DNA from: Cetorhinus maximus
Taxonomy: Eukaryota
Direction of reading: 5' to 3'
NCBI RefSeq assembly: GCF_964194155.1
Contig: NC_135907.1
Coordinates: 21,080,001 to 21,144,000, forward strand
Length of the DNA stretch: 64,000 nucleotides
The notes beneath the pieces are model-generated. The model was given only the letters and a program-made list of their open reading frames with translations. It was not told where the DNA came from and did no database searches. A program made the position numbers and the translations under genes. Positions 49,251-64,000 of this stretch are shown here, piece by piece (position 1 is the stretch's first letter; each line of letters begins with the position of its first letter).

Positions 49251-52200
49251 ACTGACCATAGGAGCAAACTGCTGTTTACTATTCAATTTGTATAGTTGAG
49301 ACCTTTGACCCAGTAACTTGTAATGTGGCACAAAGAACTAACTATAAATAAACTGTTCAACATGAAGTGGATTTTGCCTTGTGTTAAATGGTTGTTTTTT
49401 GGATTAATGCAGTTTACTTTTTACACAAGTTGGGACACTTTGTTTAACAACTTGCATTACAATTGCAGTGAAGCAAATGCATGTCATATGTTGACACTCT
49501 AACCCCCAATTTGGTGTAATCCATAATTCTTTATCTCGTTCCAATGTATTAAAACACTTGTGCATTTCAATACAATAGCTGGCACTGACCCAGCACTTTC
49601 TGTTGTGCAGCTAAACATGACACCCCTTAGAATCTACCACTGACCTTAATGGCTCAGGGTATCTTATTTGTGAAGGAAATCTCCAATCTGACCCTAGCTG
49701 GTTGAATAAGGGACTGTTTGCCACTGGTGATGAATATTCTCCTGGCCTTTTTGCATCAAGGGGCAACTCTCAGTTCTTCAAACCAGTAAAATACTAGCTG
49801 CTGAAAAACTAAAATGGATCCTATTTGTTCTGGATAGATTCATCCAGGGTATTAAGTCCCTGGAATTAGTTGTGAAATACACTGGGAGTGCTGCTTTTGA
49901 TGATTCCTGTAAGATTAGGAGCAAAGTAGCAAATGACCCTGATGCAGACTAGGGCCTGAACACATGTACTAAAGGGAATTATGACTGGGTCATTGGACTA
50001 TGCAGCCTGCAATGCCATATTACTTGCCTCTAACGAGAAGGGGAATGGTAATTACTTGTTAGAAATTGGTTCTGAAAACTGGTCTCTAGACCCCTAATTG
50101 AATCTGAAGGGAGAGTGAAAATTGTCAAACCAGTTGACAAAATCTAATGGTTCAGCAGGGAGTGAATGGAGTCAATACCAAGCAAGGTAAATATTTCACT
50201 TCGAGACCCCTGCTCCATCAATTTATAAAACTCTATCAGCAGCTCCATAAATGTCTCTTACGTTTAGTCCCGGTAAACATTTCCTACCCAATAAGAATCA
50301 TCCTTTCCAAATCCTACTGGATCTCCATTGGTCTCCTTCACCCCTCTGAAGCTTTGTTGCAATTGCTGTGGTTACCCATTCCGATTTTAGAAACTGGGTG
50401 AGGGTAACGAAATTAGCCTTCGGTTACCAGGATCTGTCATGTTAATGTTTTTTTGCATCTCGAGGTTCCATGAAAATCCACAAGTGACAAAGGATGATTC
50501 TCAGTATCATGAGCTTTTCATATCGATCACCATCCCCACTCCCTACAGCTTGTAATAGTGACTTCAGTTTCCTGTGAAAAGGATCAATTAATATTCCCTC
50601 AACCAGTAGCTGCAGACCACCATCAAAGCCTCTGGTGCCCATCTGGCCATTGAGTGATGTCCATCAGTTTGGACAAAGCCCTTTGTGGCCATAGGACATT
50701 CATTGCATCTTATTGTTTTTGACCAAAACAGGTGTAAACACTGGATATACTGTTCAGGTAGGTCAACTGTGCCCATCGTTGGCATCTTCAATGAGAGGCT
50801 TGTGCCTGTAGCATAATTGGTTGTTCCAGATGTGAGTCACTGTCAACTCTATCTGGCCTATCTAGACCAGTGTTTAAATCCAAGGAAACGCATCTCATCA
50901 GCTAATCCAGGACTGATCCACTTCTGTAATGAAAGCAAATGGCAACATATGGGATCTTGGCGAAACAGTAACATGAGGGGAGAGGTAAGATTTTTTAAGC
51001 CGCATGTTATGATCAGGAATGCACTGTCTGAAAGGATGGTGGAATCACAGAGGTGGATTTACAGTCAGTGGGCCCTGTGCTCAGATTCATTTTTGCACCA
51101 CCCAGGACCCAAAGGCTGTAAAACAACTTTTCTTAATGTTCTAGCTGTGTATATAAACATCAAGTTTAAAGTAGTATTCCACTGACTGGAGTCTGTAACA
51201 ACGCTCAGCCTTACACCACAGGATACCTGTGATTTGATACTGCTGATGGTGGTGTTATGTTGGTGGAATCCACCTCCCTTGTGTTCACTCTTAATGTTTT
51301 ACTGGTCCTTACCTGCAGCGCACAGGTGCTGTCTACTGTCTGAGGTGTTGATCTGCTGCGAGGGTTGTCAGGAGTGAGCTGCCCTGTAGTCTGGGAGGGC
51401 TGAGACCCAGACACAAGTGGAGGTGGAGAGAGTTTCAGACTGGGCTGCTTGTTCAGTCTCACTTCTGACTGATCAGGGGGTCTGCGTGTGGTTGTTTTCA
51501 GAATGCGAGTCTCGGATTGGCTGTGATCAAACACTGAACCAAAAAAAACCAAATCGCACACTCCTCTGACTAATATTACACAAGCAACGGCCCACAGTGC
51601 CGCAGGGGAAATCTCCTTCATCTTATGTGTAGGGCACAGTTCACCAGGCAAAAACTCGGAGAGGCAGGTCATGGAATGACACGTGCATTAGGAATGCACA
51701 GACACTCAGGATGCCACCACACGTAAAATAACACCAAAAACACCTCACAAATATCTTACACTGCCACTCCAGGCTCACGGTGACACAGAATGATTCTAGT
51801 CAGACTTTTACAACACAACCAACTCTTGACTGGAGACATGCTCGAAGGGGCACAGTCTCAGTTTTTCTTCGTTCTTTGAAAATACCACTCTGAAAATGGA
51901 ACAAACGCTTCTCACGACTGACCAACTAAAAAGTGTCTAATGAAGCTTTGGAAGTCCAGTGATGTATTCTTGTTAGCAATTCAGTGCATTTAAATAAGGC
52001 CTTGCAGTCAGATAGTTAATCAGCTCTTTATCAAACATACATTTTGCAATCACATTAAAACCTGCAGATGCCGGGAACCTGAAACAGAACCAGAAAATAC
52101 CGGGAACACTCTGAATGGGAGCTTTGAAAGACCCACTCATTTTTTGGACAAATGCATTTTCGATTATACTATTTCCTAGCAATCCTTTTGTAGAGTAGCC

Positions 52201-52675
52201 TACATTGAGGGGATGTTTGAGTGAAGCGTGGGAAGCAGATCACACACCCATTTCCACACGTGGATCACGGATCCATGAGTATTTTGAACAGCTAGAGATC
52301 TTTCAAAGTGGGTCATGTTCATCGTTTCGTAAAAAATTGAGGCTTGGCAGGGTTTATAATCTGTGTTCATACAGTTTCTGAAGAAAACGTCTAAGAATTG
52401 AAATAATTTGAAAGCAGCTCAATCTACACCGATTGAAAAACCATGGGAAACACAAATTAATATTGAAATAAAATCAGGGTAAGGGATGTTATTAGCATTG
52501 AGTGCAGTTCTCCCTTTGGTTTAATGAGGTTTTTTCTAGGCTGCTTTTGTAGTACACGTATTTAAGAAAATATTTTTTAAAAGTCCAGGCAATCTTCAGT
52601 ATTTGCTTTTCCCAACTTAAAAACTTGCGGGCAAAGTTCATAAATGCATTGCCAGCTGTTTCTATTCAGACATTG

Positions 52676-53380
52676 CCCCTTGAGATTCAATGGGATTACC
52701 ATCGCTGAATCCTCCACTATCAACATCCATTGACCAGAAACTGAACTAGACTAGCTATGTAAATACTGTGGTGACAAGAACAGGTCAGAGGTCAGGAATC
52801 CCGTGGTGAGTAACTCACCTCCTGACTCATCTCCTGTCCATCATCGACAAGGCACAAGTCAGGAGTGTGATAGAATGCTCTCCACTTGCCTGGATGAGTG
52901 CAGCTCCCACAACGCTCAAGAAGTTCGACACCATCCAGGACAAAGCAGGCCGCTTGATAGACACCCCATCCACAAACATTCACGCCCTCCACCACCGACG
53001 CACAGTAGCAGCAGTGTGTGTACCATCTACAAGATGCACTACAGAAACTCACCAAGGCTCCTTAGACAGCATCTTCCAAACCCATGACCACTACCATCTA
53101 GAAGGACAAGGGCAGCAGACAAATGGGGACACCACCAGCTGGAAGTTCCCCTCCAAGCTACTCACCATCCGGACTTGGAAATATATCACCGTTCCTTCAC
53201 TGTCGCTGGGTCAAAATCCTGGAACTCCCTCTCTAACAGCACTGTGGGTGTACCTACACCACATGGACTGCAGCGGTTCAAGGAGGCAGCTCACCACCAC
53301 CTTCTCAAGGGCAATTAGGGATGGGCAATAAATGCTGGTCTAGCCAGCGAAGCCCACATCTCACGAACAAATAAAAAGAA
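52676..53380 (+). mobile_element. HER1-like LINE 3' fragment
   Basis: IECSPLAWMSAAPTTLKKFDTIQDKAGRLI; tail gggcaattagggatgggcaataaatgctggtctagccagcg. Confidence 0.75.
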
Positions 53381-54001
53381 GGCATCTCAAGGATGGAAAT
53401 TAACTGAGGGGTTGAGTAATCCAAAAAGACCCCAGAAAAATCTGTACTGAAGGTCACTTTCTAGTTCAGCTGGAAGAGCATTACAAATCTGCTAAGAAGT
53501 CAATGTTTGTATCGAATGTCCTTTAGTGATACTTTCTGGATTGTTACTGTTTTTAAACAAGTGGCAAAAGCTGCCCAGTTGCCGAATCCAACACGAAATC
53601 TGTTCGACACTGCGCGACATTTTTACCCAAATATAAATTAAGCCTGTTAATCGGACGTTCGTTATTGAGAACGTGTGCAATTATCTGGTCTTTCCTGTTC
53701 TGCTGTGAGTGAAGCTATTCATCCAATCACAGGTGATTCCTCCCTGCAGCCATTAGCCAGTCCTGACTGTGCTGAAAAGCCGGGAATGCCGGGTTAATCT
53801 GACACACAGAGACCTCGCGTCCTCTTGCTGATGCCTCGCGATCTGCTTCAGGAGGAGGACATTCCATTTGGTTCCGAGAATTGACAGGGGGGAATGTTTT
53901 GAAGCTCATTCATTTTGGGGACCCCCCCCACCCAACTCATTTTGGGGCACTGTGCCAGAGCACGGTGTGTTTAATTCTAAATCCGTCCCTGTGGAAGCAG
54001 A

Positions 54002-54360
54002 TAAGACATAGACATAAGACATAGGAGCAGAAATTAGGCCATTCGGCCCATCGAGTCTGCTCTGCCATTCAATCATGGCTGATAAGTTTCTCAACCCCAT
54101 TCTCCCGCCTTCTCCCTGTAACCTTTGATCCCCTTACCAATCAAGAACCTATCTATCTCGGTCTTAAATATACTCAATGACCTGGCCTCCACAGCCTTCT
54201 GTGGCAATGAATTCCATAGATTCACCACTTTCTGGCTAAAGAAGTTTCTCCTCATCTCTGTTCTAAAAGGTCTTCCCTTTACTCTGAGGCTGTGCCCCCA
54301 GGTCCTAGTCTCTCCTACTAATGGAAATATCTTCCCCACGTCCACTCTATCCAGGCCTTT
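54002..54360 (-). mobile_element. CR1-type LINE 3' end with short-repeat tail
   Basis: GLDRVDVGKIFPLVGETRTWGHSLRVKGRPFRTEMRRNFFSQKVVNLWNSLP; (tatgtct)n-like tail at 54002-54022. Confidence 0.85.
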
Positions 54361-54548
54361 CAGATTCAATAATAACTTTCAAGAGGGAAATGGATATATA
54401 CATGAAAAGGAAATAAATCTGCGGGGTTATTGGGAAAGGGCAGGGGAGTGGGACTAATCGGATAGTTGTTTCAAACATCCAGCACAAGTCCACGGGCTGA
54501 ATGGCCTCCTTCTGTGCTTTATGAATCTATGGTGAGTTAAAGAGCTTC

Positions 54549-54844
54549 TGTGGTAAAGTGAGGTACCCTGTCCCTTTAAGAGAATGCAAGTGTACTGATC
54601 ATGTGACAGCACTGACGAATCACTGTACAGCGCAGGCAACTAGGAACCGTAAGCCTAGTTCTGGAGGTTTCTGAGTGAGCACGTATGATCTGGTGCTCTG
54701 CCCTATGTCTCAATAAACCATCACTGTTTATTCTTACATCAGTCTCTCCCCATTATTGATTGCAAGCAGCAATCGCTGAGAATGTAGGAAGGTGTGCAGC
54801 TAGGGTGCGGTTGGCCAATGAATTCATTTACCCAAGACATAAAA
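54549..54844 (+). mobile_element. Solo LTR (296 bp) with 5-bp TSD
   Basis: TSD gcttc at 54544-54548 and 54845-54849; starts TGT, internal AATAAA; empty site aaagagcttct in other spacers. Confidence 0.7.
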
Positions 54845-55545
54845 GCTTCCAAATATCATTTCAATCAGATTCAAATATTCTCCAACCACTTTGAAAATTG
54901 ACCATTAAAGGACACATCTAACATACAACATAGACGGGCAGGAAAAGACCAGCTTCTCCATCAAGCCTGTCCCAGAACACACTGCAGCAAATGGAGACGT
55001 GTCTGTGGGTGACACTGGATTCAGTGATGTTCACTCCCTCTCACTCTCACATTTCCATTTCTTTGTCCAATGGTTGCTTTGAAAATTCCCTCACGACGAC
55101 TTGATTGCTTTGAATATTGTTTCAGCTTCACCTTTCCTGGCAAATAACAAACTTGTCCAGATTATGAAAAGCCACTTCAGCAAAAGTAACAAATTATCAT
55201 TCAATTCAAATCAGAGCGTTAAACAACGAGACATTTTCACATTTGAAGAAGGTCAAGGAACCCAAAAGCAGTGACATCATCAAGACAAATCTCCCAAACC
55301 TGCCTGTATTCCAAAGCTCTGATTGGCTCTGGGTCTCACTCCCTCCCCCACAAACCCTCTCCTCTGTTAGTTGGTGCCTGGATTCATGGAAGATTCCTGA
55401 CTGGCTATCGGGAATTGTCAATCATCATTGGTGATGCCATTCCCTGTTTGAATGCAGGATGTCCCAGTTGTATAAATACAAGAGCTTGTGTTAGTGAGGA
55501 TCACTTCTGGAACTTTCTAGGTGATAGTGCACAGTAATATTGAGG

Positions 55546-57972
<2,427 letters not shown>

Positions 57973-59572
57973 ACTGACTGCAGGGAACAATGTTTAGTAT
58001 CATAGGTCAAAGGGCTCATGATACTGACAGCTTGTGTTGTACAGGGAGCTGTTGAGACCTGGGCTCCATTCTGAATGTACTAACTGTCAAATTTCAATAT
58101 GGACTGGATTTTGTCTTTTTGTCTTTTTGAATGTTTGTCTAATTTCTCATAAATGCTGCTTTTAAAAAATCACCAGGAAGGGCATTGGTTTGTGGGACCA
58201 GTGCAATTATAACAAATTGGATTTTGACTAACTCTAATTTGGTGGAGTCCTTAATTCTGTGCATTTCAATATATTGCAGCAAGATAGTAACGCTCTAATA
58301 CAACAGTCTGCATTGATCTAGTGCCTTTGTTTGTTTGGCATCCAAATTTGACACCTGAGCCCTTTTTTTCAACACCTCCTCCATTTCAGGACAGTAATAG
58401 TTTTTTTTAAGAAGTCTCTTGTTTGAGAGGAAGTCTGAGACTTGAGCCTTGCTGGCTGAAGGAACTGTTGCCATGGGTAATGACTGTCCTCTGCCTTTTG
58501 CATCAATAGCAACTCTCAACCCTTCAAGCTGATCAAATACTGCCGCAGTTAGTATTTGAAATACAAGAGATGCTTTAGCATTTCAGTCCAAAAATCTAAT
58601 CTACTTTCTATTCTGGATAGGGTAGTTTGGATAGGTGTTTATAATCCATGGAGTACCTTGTGGAGTGCTTGCTCACTTAACCAAATGTCCTGTGGGCTCC
58701 ATTTAATGTTCTGGTGAGCCTTGAGTGAAGTTGCAAATAATAGCCATGCAGGTTCTGGGAGCTCCCTAAACTTCTGGTACTAAAGGGAAATACAACTGAG
58801 CCACTGGGCAATACTGACTGAGTTGTCATGTTGACTTACTGACCCTCTTAAGGGAGGGGAAAGTAGTGATCTCCTTGTCAGGGGGGAAGACTGAAATTAG
58901 CTCTGAAACTGTCTCTAGGCTCCCAATTTGAGTAGAACTTTTGAAGGGAAAGTACAAGTTGGCAAAATGCAGTTGACAAAATCTAATGGTTCAAGGAGTG
59001 GATTTAGTCAATTAAAAACAAATAGCTTGACACTGAGCAAGTTTAATATTCCACTTAACTGACTCCTGCTCTCTTAATTTATAAGACTCAATACCAGTAG
59101 CTCCTCCATTAATGTCTCTGTTTTACATTTAGTCCCAGTGACCATTTCACACCCAGTGGGAATCATCCTTTCCAAATCCTGCTGGTTCTCCATTGGTCTC
59201 CTTCACCCCTGTGAATGATTGAAGCTTGGTTACTATGACTGCATTTATCCAATGTTTAACAGTTAATTTCAGGAACTTAGTTGAGAACTGCAGTGAGAAC
59301 AATGAAATTAAAGTCTTCAGTTATTAGAATCTGTCATGTAAATGTCTTTGCATCTCTCAAACTTCCATGAAAATCCACAAATGGTGAAGGATGATTCCCA
59401 GCACTGAGCTTTTCAAACCCATCCCCATTCCCTACAGGCTGTGATACTGAATTCAGAGTTTCCTGTGGAAAGGATCAATTAATAGGTCCCTCAGAGCCAG
59501 TAACCACAGACCTTCATCAAAGTCTCTGGTGGCCATTGAGTGACTGTGTGATGTCCATCAGTTTGGATAAAA

Positions 59573-60449
59573 TGTCATGAACATATAATTTTTCATGATA
59601 TTGTGATTTATTATAAAAGTGGGTTAATAGTGAGGTTTATGGCTTAGTTTTGCTGTGTGTGCAATTTAATTGAATTGGAGACAGCTAGGCTGGAGGCTTT
59701 GAGTTATCAGAAAGGTAGCTAGGTTTAAAATGCTAAACGTGTAAACATGGCTAAGTTTTAGAATGTGAAGTGAGTTAAATTTGCATTTTTAGATAAATAA
59801 ATTAGGTTAGTTTGAATTTCAAGAGATGGCAGGATGTTACACTTAGCTAGAAGGAGCCAAGACAAACCATGTTTATTTTTCCCAAAGGTTATTGATAAAA
59901 TTAGTACCATGAAAAGATTTCTATTATGAGAGGGATAAAGTTCCAAAAACATATGGGAACAATGGAATTTACATTAAAAAGGAAGAAACATGTATAAAGG
60001 AGATGAGGCTATGTGTCAGAAGGGAGAAGGATTTCTAAGACCTAACACAAACGTGAGAAGCCTCCAGCCTCTGTGCATCAAGTTGCTGTCTACAGGAACT
60101 GAAGCTGAGAGTGCAACCGTCCAGAGTATGATGTTGCTTTGCTTGGGTCTATTTAAATCTATTTGTTTTTACAGTTGCCTTAACAGAGGGGTAACTGTGA
60201 GCTAGATTAATTAGGGGGTTTAGGACTTACATACGTCTACAAATTACTATTGTAATATGTGCTTGAAATCTTTTGATAAATTTTAATTTAGTTTTCTACA
60301 AACTCTGAAGTCATGGTAGTCTCATTACACCTGAATTCAAGGCACACTCTCGAAATAAAATGCAAATTGCAAAACAGTTGTGACCGTGTGATCAAGTTTC
60401 CCTCATGGATTTGATCTGCCTACCACTCATCATCTGCCACATCATTACA
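59573..60449 (+). mobile_element. Solo LTR (877 bp) with 4-bp TSD
   Basis: TGTCATGA...CATTACA ends, TSD aaaa, inserted in the spacer site ttggacaaagccctttgtg; related 3' fragment at about 46790-46928. Confidence 0.7.
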
Positions 60450-61513
60450 AAAACCCTTTGTGACCACAGGACATTAACAGCATCTCGGATCATTTTTGAC
60501 CAGAACAGGTGTGAATACCCAGATACATTTTCTGCTCAGGTCGATCAACTGTGCCCATCGGTGCTATCTCTCCTGAGTGGCTCATGCCTATAGCGTGATT
60601 AGTCGCTCCAGATGTGAGTCACTGCCACGTCCATCTGGCCCATCTAAACCAGAGTTTCATTCCAAGGTAACACATCTCATCACCTAATCCGGGATTGATC
60701 CATTTCTGTAATGAAACCAGATGTCAACACATGGGATCTCAGAGAAACAGTAACGTGAGCGAGAAGATCCAGAGGGAGAGATGAGGAAAATTCTTTTGAA
60801 GCTGTTGTGATCTGGAATGCACTGTCTGAAAGGATGGTGGAAGCAGAGTGAAGAGGATATTGGATATATGCATGAAGAGGGAACAATAACATACAACATT
60901 GATGGGCAGGAAAAGACCAGCTTCTCCATAAGGCCTGTCCCAAAACACACTGCAGCAAATGGAGACGTGTCTGTGGGTGACACTGGATTCAGTGATGTTC
61001 ACTCCCTCTCACTCTCACATTTCCATTTCTCTGTCCAATGGTTGCTTTGAAAATCCCCTCACGACGACTTGATTGCTTTGAATATTGTTTCAGCTTCACC
61101 GTTCCTGGCAAATAACAAACTTTTCCAAATTATGAAAAGCCACTTCAGCAAAAGTAACAAATTATCATTAAATTCAAATCAGAGCGTTAAACAACGAGAC
61201 ATTTTCACATTTGAAGAAGGTCAAGGAGCCCAAAAGCAGTGAAATCATCAAGACAAATCTCCCCAATGTGCCTGTATTCCAAAGCTCTGATTGGCTCTGG
61301 GTCTCACTCCCTCCCCCACAAACCCTCTCCTCTGTTAATTGGTGCCTGGATTCATGGGAGGTTCCTGACTGGCTATCGGGAATTGTCAATCATCATTGGT
61401 GATGTCATTCCCTGCTTGAAGACAGGATGTCCCAGTTGTATAAATACAAGAGCTTGTGTTAATGAGGATCAGTTCTAGAGCCTTCTAGGTGATTGTGAGC
61501 AGAAATAGTGAAG

Positions 61514-61616
61514 ATGGCTTCCCAAGTGTGTCAGAACTACCACAAGGACTGTGAGGATGCTGTTAACAAGCAGATCAACCTGGAGCTCTTATTCCTCCTA
61601 TGTTTACCTCTCCATG
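61514..61616 (+). pseudogene. Ferritin copy L: exon 1 with +1 frameshift; remainder outside the window
   Basis: TATA 61439-61446; exon is 103 nt (ctcTtattcc) ending ATG|gtgagt. Confidence 0.8.
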
Positions 61617-62631
61617 GTGAGTTTTGTATTCCTTGTCACTACTTTCTGGAAAGCTAGAATTGCTCCACTTCAATGAAGTAACTTTATAAACTCTATTTCA
61701 CTTGACTTTCTTCTGGGGGTGAAAGCATCATTTGAGCAGTGAGTGCTTCCAGTGTGTGATACAGGGTGATGTGGAGTGAACAGACTGCTCCTTGTAGTAG
61801 CTGCTCTCCATTGAGGGGTTTAATAGATGAAACTAGGTCAGCTGCTGCCTGAGTTTGTAACTGATGAGCACAAACCTGGTCAAGTGGTTGTTAACATTAG
61901 ACCAAGTTCAGTTTCAATGGGGGTGTCTGTAACTAGGGAAATATTAGCAAGTCCCCACTTGTTTTCTTGCCTTTTTAGTTGCAAGTGAAGCACAGACTCC
62001 TGGTGTTTAGGGTGCCTAGAATTCTAATCTATATAGTTTTAAGACTTTAACGACAGCTATTTCTTGTTCCATTCTCATGGGTGGGTTATGCATTTATGTA
62101 GTGCCTTTCATTTCCTCAGGATGCCCTGAATTATTTCATTGTTAATGCATGCATTATTTTGAAATGCAGTAACCAATTCGTGCACAGCAAGATTCCACTA
62201 ACAGCCAGCTCTCTAGCATTGGGAGGTAATAATCAAATTGTCTATTTTAGTTTGATTTGCTTGGGGGCTAAATGTTCTACACAACACTAGTGAAACCTCT
62301 CTTACAAACAGTGCTGAGAAACCCTCTCTTCCCTAGGAGAAGATGAAGCCTTGGTTTAACACTTATCGGAGTGATGGGAAGAATACTATGCCTCAAACTA
62401 AACTGAGGTGTTTGATATGAAAGAATGGCACATTGTCTGGTTGCTGGATGTACCTACCTCCCCCACCCACTCCCAGCCTCAGAGTTTGTTATAGGACTCT
62501 AGGAATTGCCTGGGAATTTTCAACTTCCAATGGGACTCTTTGGGGTTTGAAGTCTCTAGCTCCTCAGTCAATTGGAGACTTTGAACAGTTTCTTAATCAT
62601 TCATGGGATGTGGGCTTTGCTGGCTGGGGCC

Positions 62632-63976
62632 TGTAGGGGGTGGTGGTGTATCAGCTTCACTTGACTTCTGAGCGGTTCGAATCGCTCCCACTCCCTGGGT
62701 TCTAGACCTTGGACTTATTTAGGGGTTGTGACAAAGTGCAGCAGACAACTGGTTTTGGTGCAAAAAAAAAACTGAGTTTATTGAAGTCACAAATGAACTT
62801 ATAACATTAGGATTACATTGAGATGATATAGACTTACAAAGTACACTTAGTTAAGAAAGGGGAATACACTGCATAATGAGGGAAAATCACGCTACTAATC
62901 CCCTTACCCTTGTCCCACCCCCAAAACCTAACTAAATTGAACTAGGAGAGGTCAGGGATGATGCTCACCAACCAGGGTTCCTTGACAGTTCGCATTCCAG
63001 CCAGGTAAGCCGGTTGCAGTTTTGGGGTACGCTGTGTGTCCTCTGGGGCCTGACGTCCCCACGTGGTCCTGGTCTGTGGAATCGGCGAAGGTTCTTCAGT
63101 TGGGTGGAGGGCGCGGTTGTGGGTGTTCGATCTTCATGGAGGGTTGCGGCCTTGTTGTCTTCAGTTGAGCCTGTCACCCTGTGCCCCTCGCCATGATGTT
63201 GCCTGCGGGCCTGCAAACCTCCAGATCTCCTTCCTCCTGCTTAAACTCTGTTTCAACTGCTCACCCTCTCCCCTTAATCCGTGAAGTGTAGATGGTGGTA
63301 AATTGCAGCTGTTAAGTTGGGTGATTTTGGTAGAGCTGACTTTGGCAGACTTGCAGTCTGTTGGAGACACTTGTTGGCTTGTCCCAGGGGATGGCATCCT
63401 GGTTCTCTCTGCCAGGTAACTGAAGAGACTGTCTTGTTTATTTTTTTAACTTGTGGTCTCTGCTAGAAAACACTTGCCTCCCGCCGCCCCCCCACCCCTC
63501 CCCCCTGCCGAGAGAGAGGGTAAGGGATCGAGATCATCTGCTTGTTTTTGCAGGGGTGACTGACTGGTATTTCTTCTTGTTTCTGTCACTCTCTTGAACT
63601 GAAAGCCATTGAATGTGTGGAGTATTGATAGGTTCGCATAATTGCATTGATTGCTGCCTTCCTGCCTTAGTAGTTAGTAGCGATTAATTATGCAAGATTT
63701 TGATGGGCTTTAGTTTTGTGTAAGATTAAGTCTTTCTCTGGGTTGATTGTTTTAAAGGGAAGAATGTGTATTCTGTCTCCTCTTGTTGTCTGGCTTCAGG
63801 TAACAATCCACACTGCACAAAACAAGCCCAGGCATGTCCAGTCCCAGGCCTTCATGGGCCTAACCTCCTGTCTGCAGGGTTCTACACTTAACTCAGTAGT
63901 TGGGTCCTCTGCCATAAAACTCCAAAAGTCATATCCTCGTTGATATGAAAAATGTGGGAATTTTGAGAACCCTTCA
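62632..63976 (-). mobile_element. LTR-like element (1345 bp) with 4-bp TSD, nested in an HE1/HER1 tail
   Basis: TGTAGGGGGT...ACCCTTCA ends; TSD ggcc (62628-62631 and 63977-63980) splits gatgtgggc..tgctggct.ggcc|agcatttattgcccatccct; AATAAA on minus strand near 62780. Confidence 0.65.
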
Positions 63977-64000
63977 GGCCAGCATTTATTGCCCATCCCT

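Noticed and set aside
51973-52400. Second exon-like segment in the foreign insert
   Set aside because: In-frame stop upstream, weak donor, and the donor overlaps a short PLE-end-like remnant at about 52066-52111

Overview
Eukaryotic genomic DNA, most likely from a cartilaginous fish (inferred from HE1/HER1-like SINE/LINE tails and CR1 fragments). The window is a tandem and inverted cluster of 12 ferritin heavy-chain (H/M-type)-like gene copies, here named A-L, built on a 4-exon plan (coding exons 102/147/126/147-156 nt, all introns phase 0). Five copies (B, D, E, J, K) have intact 173-176 aa reading frames. Seven (A, C, F, G, H, I, L) are frameshifted, carry stops or are truncated. The intact copies have a CCAAT/TATA promoter about 60-80 nt upstream of the ATG and no recognisable iron-responsive element, and several carry substitutions at ferroxidase or three-fold-channel residues. 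Intron 1 of copy I contains a 5.5-kb Penelope-like (Neptune-type RT + GIY-YIG) insertion with a target-site duplication, a pseudo-LTR, a 1.6-kb inverted segment and minimal hammerhead-ribozyme motifs. Compared with a sister copy 6.5 kb away, this element shows clustered, strand-specific A-to-G changes that look like ADAR hyper-editing fixed in the genome by reverse transcription. The rest is CR1/HER1 LINE fragments, SINEs, several solo LTRs with TSDs, and a 3.3-kb foreign insert carrying an exon-like segment. All coordinates and comparisons were made by eye; no database searches were run.
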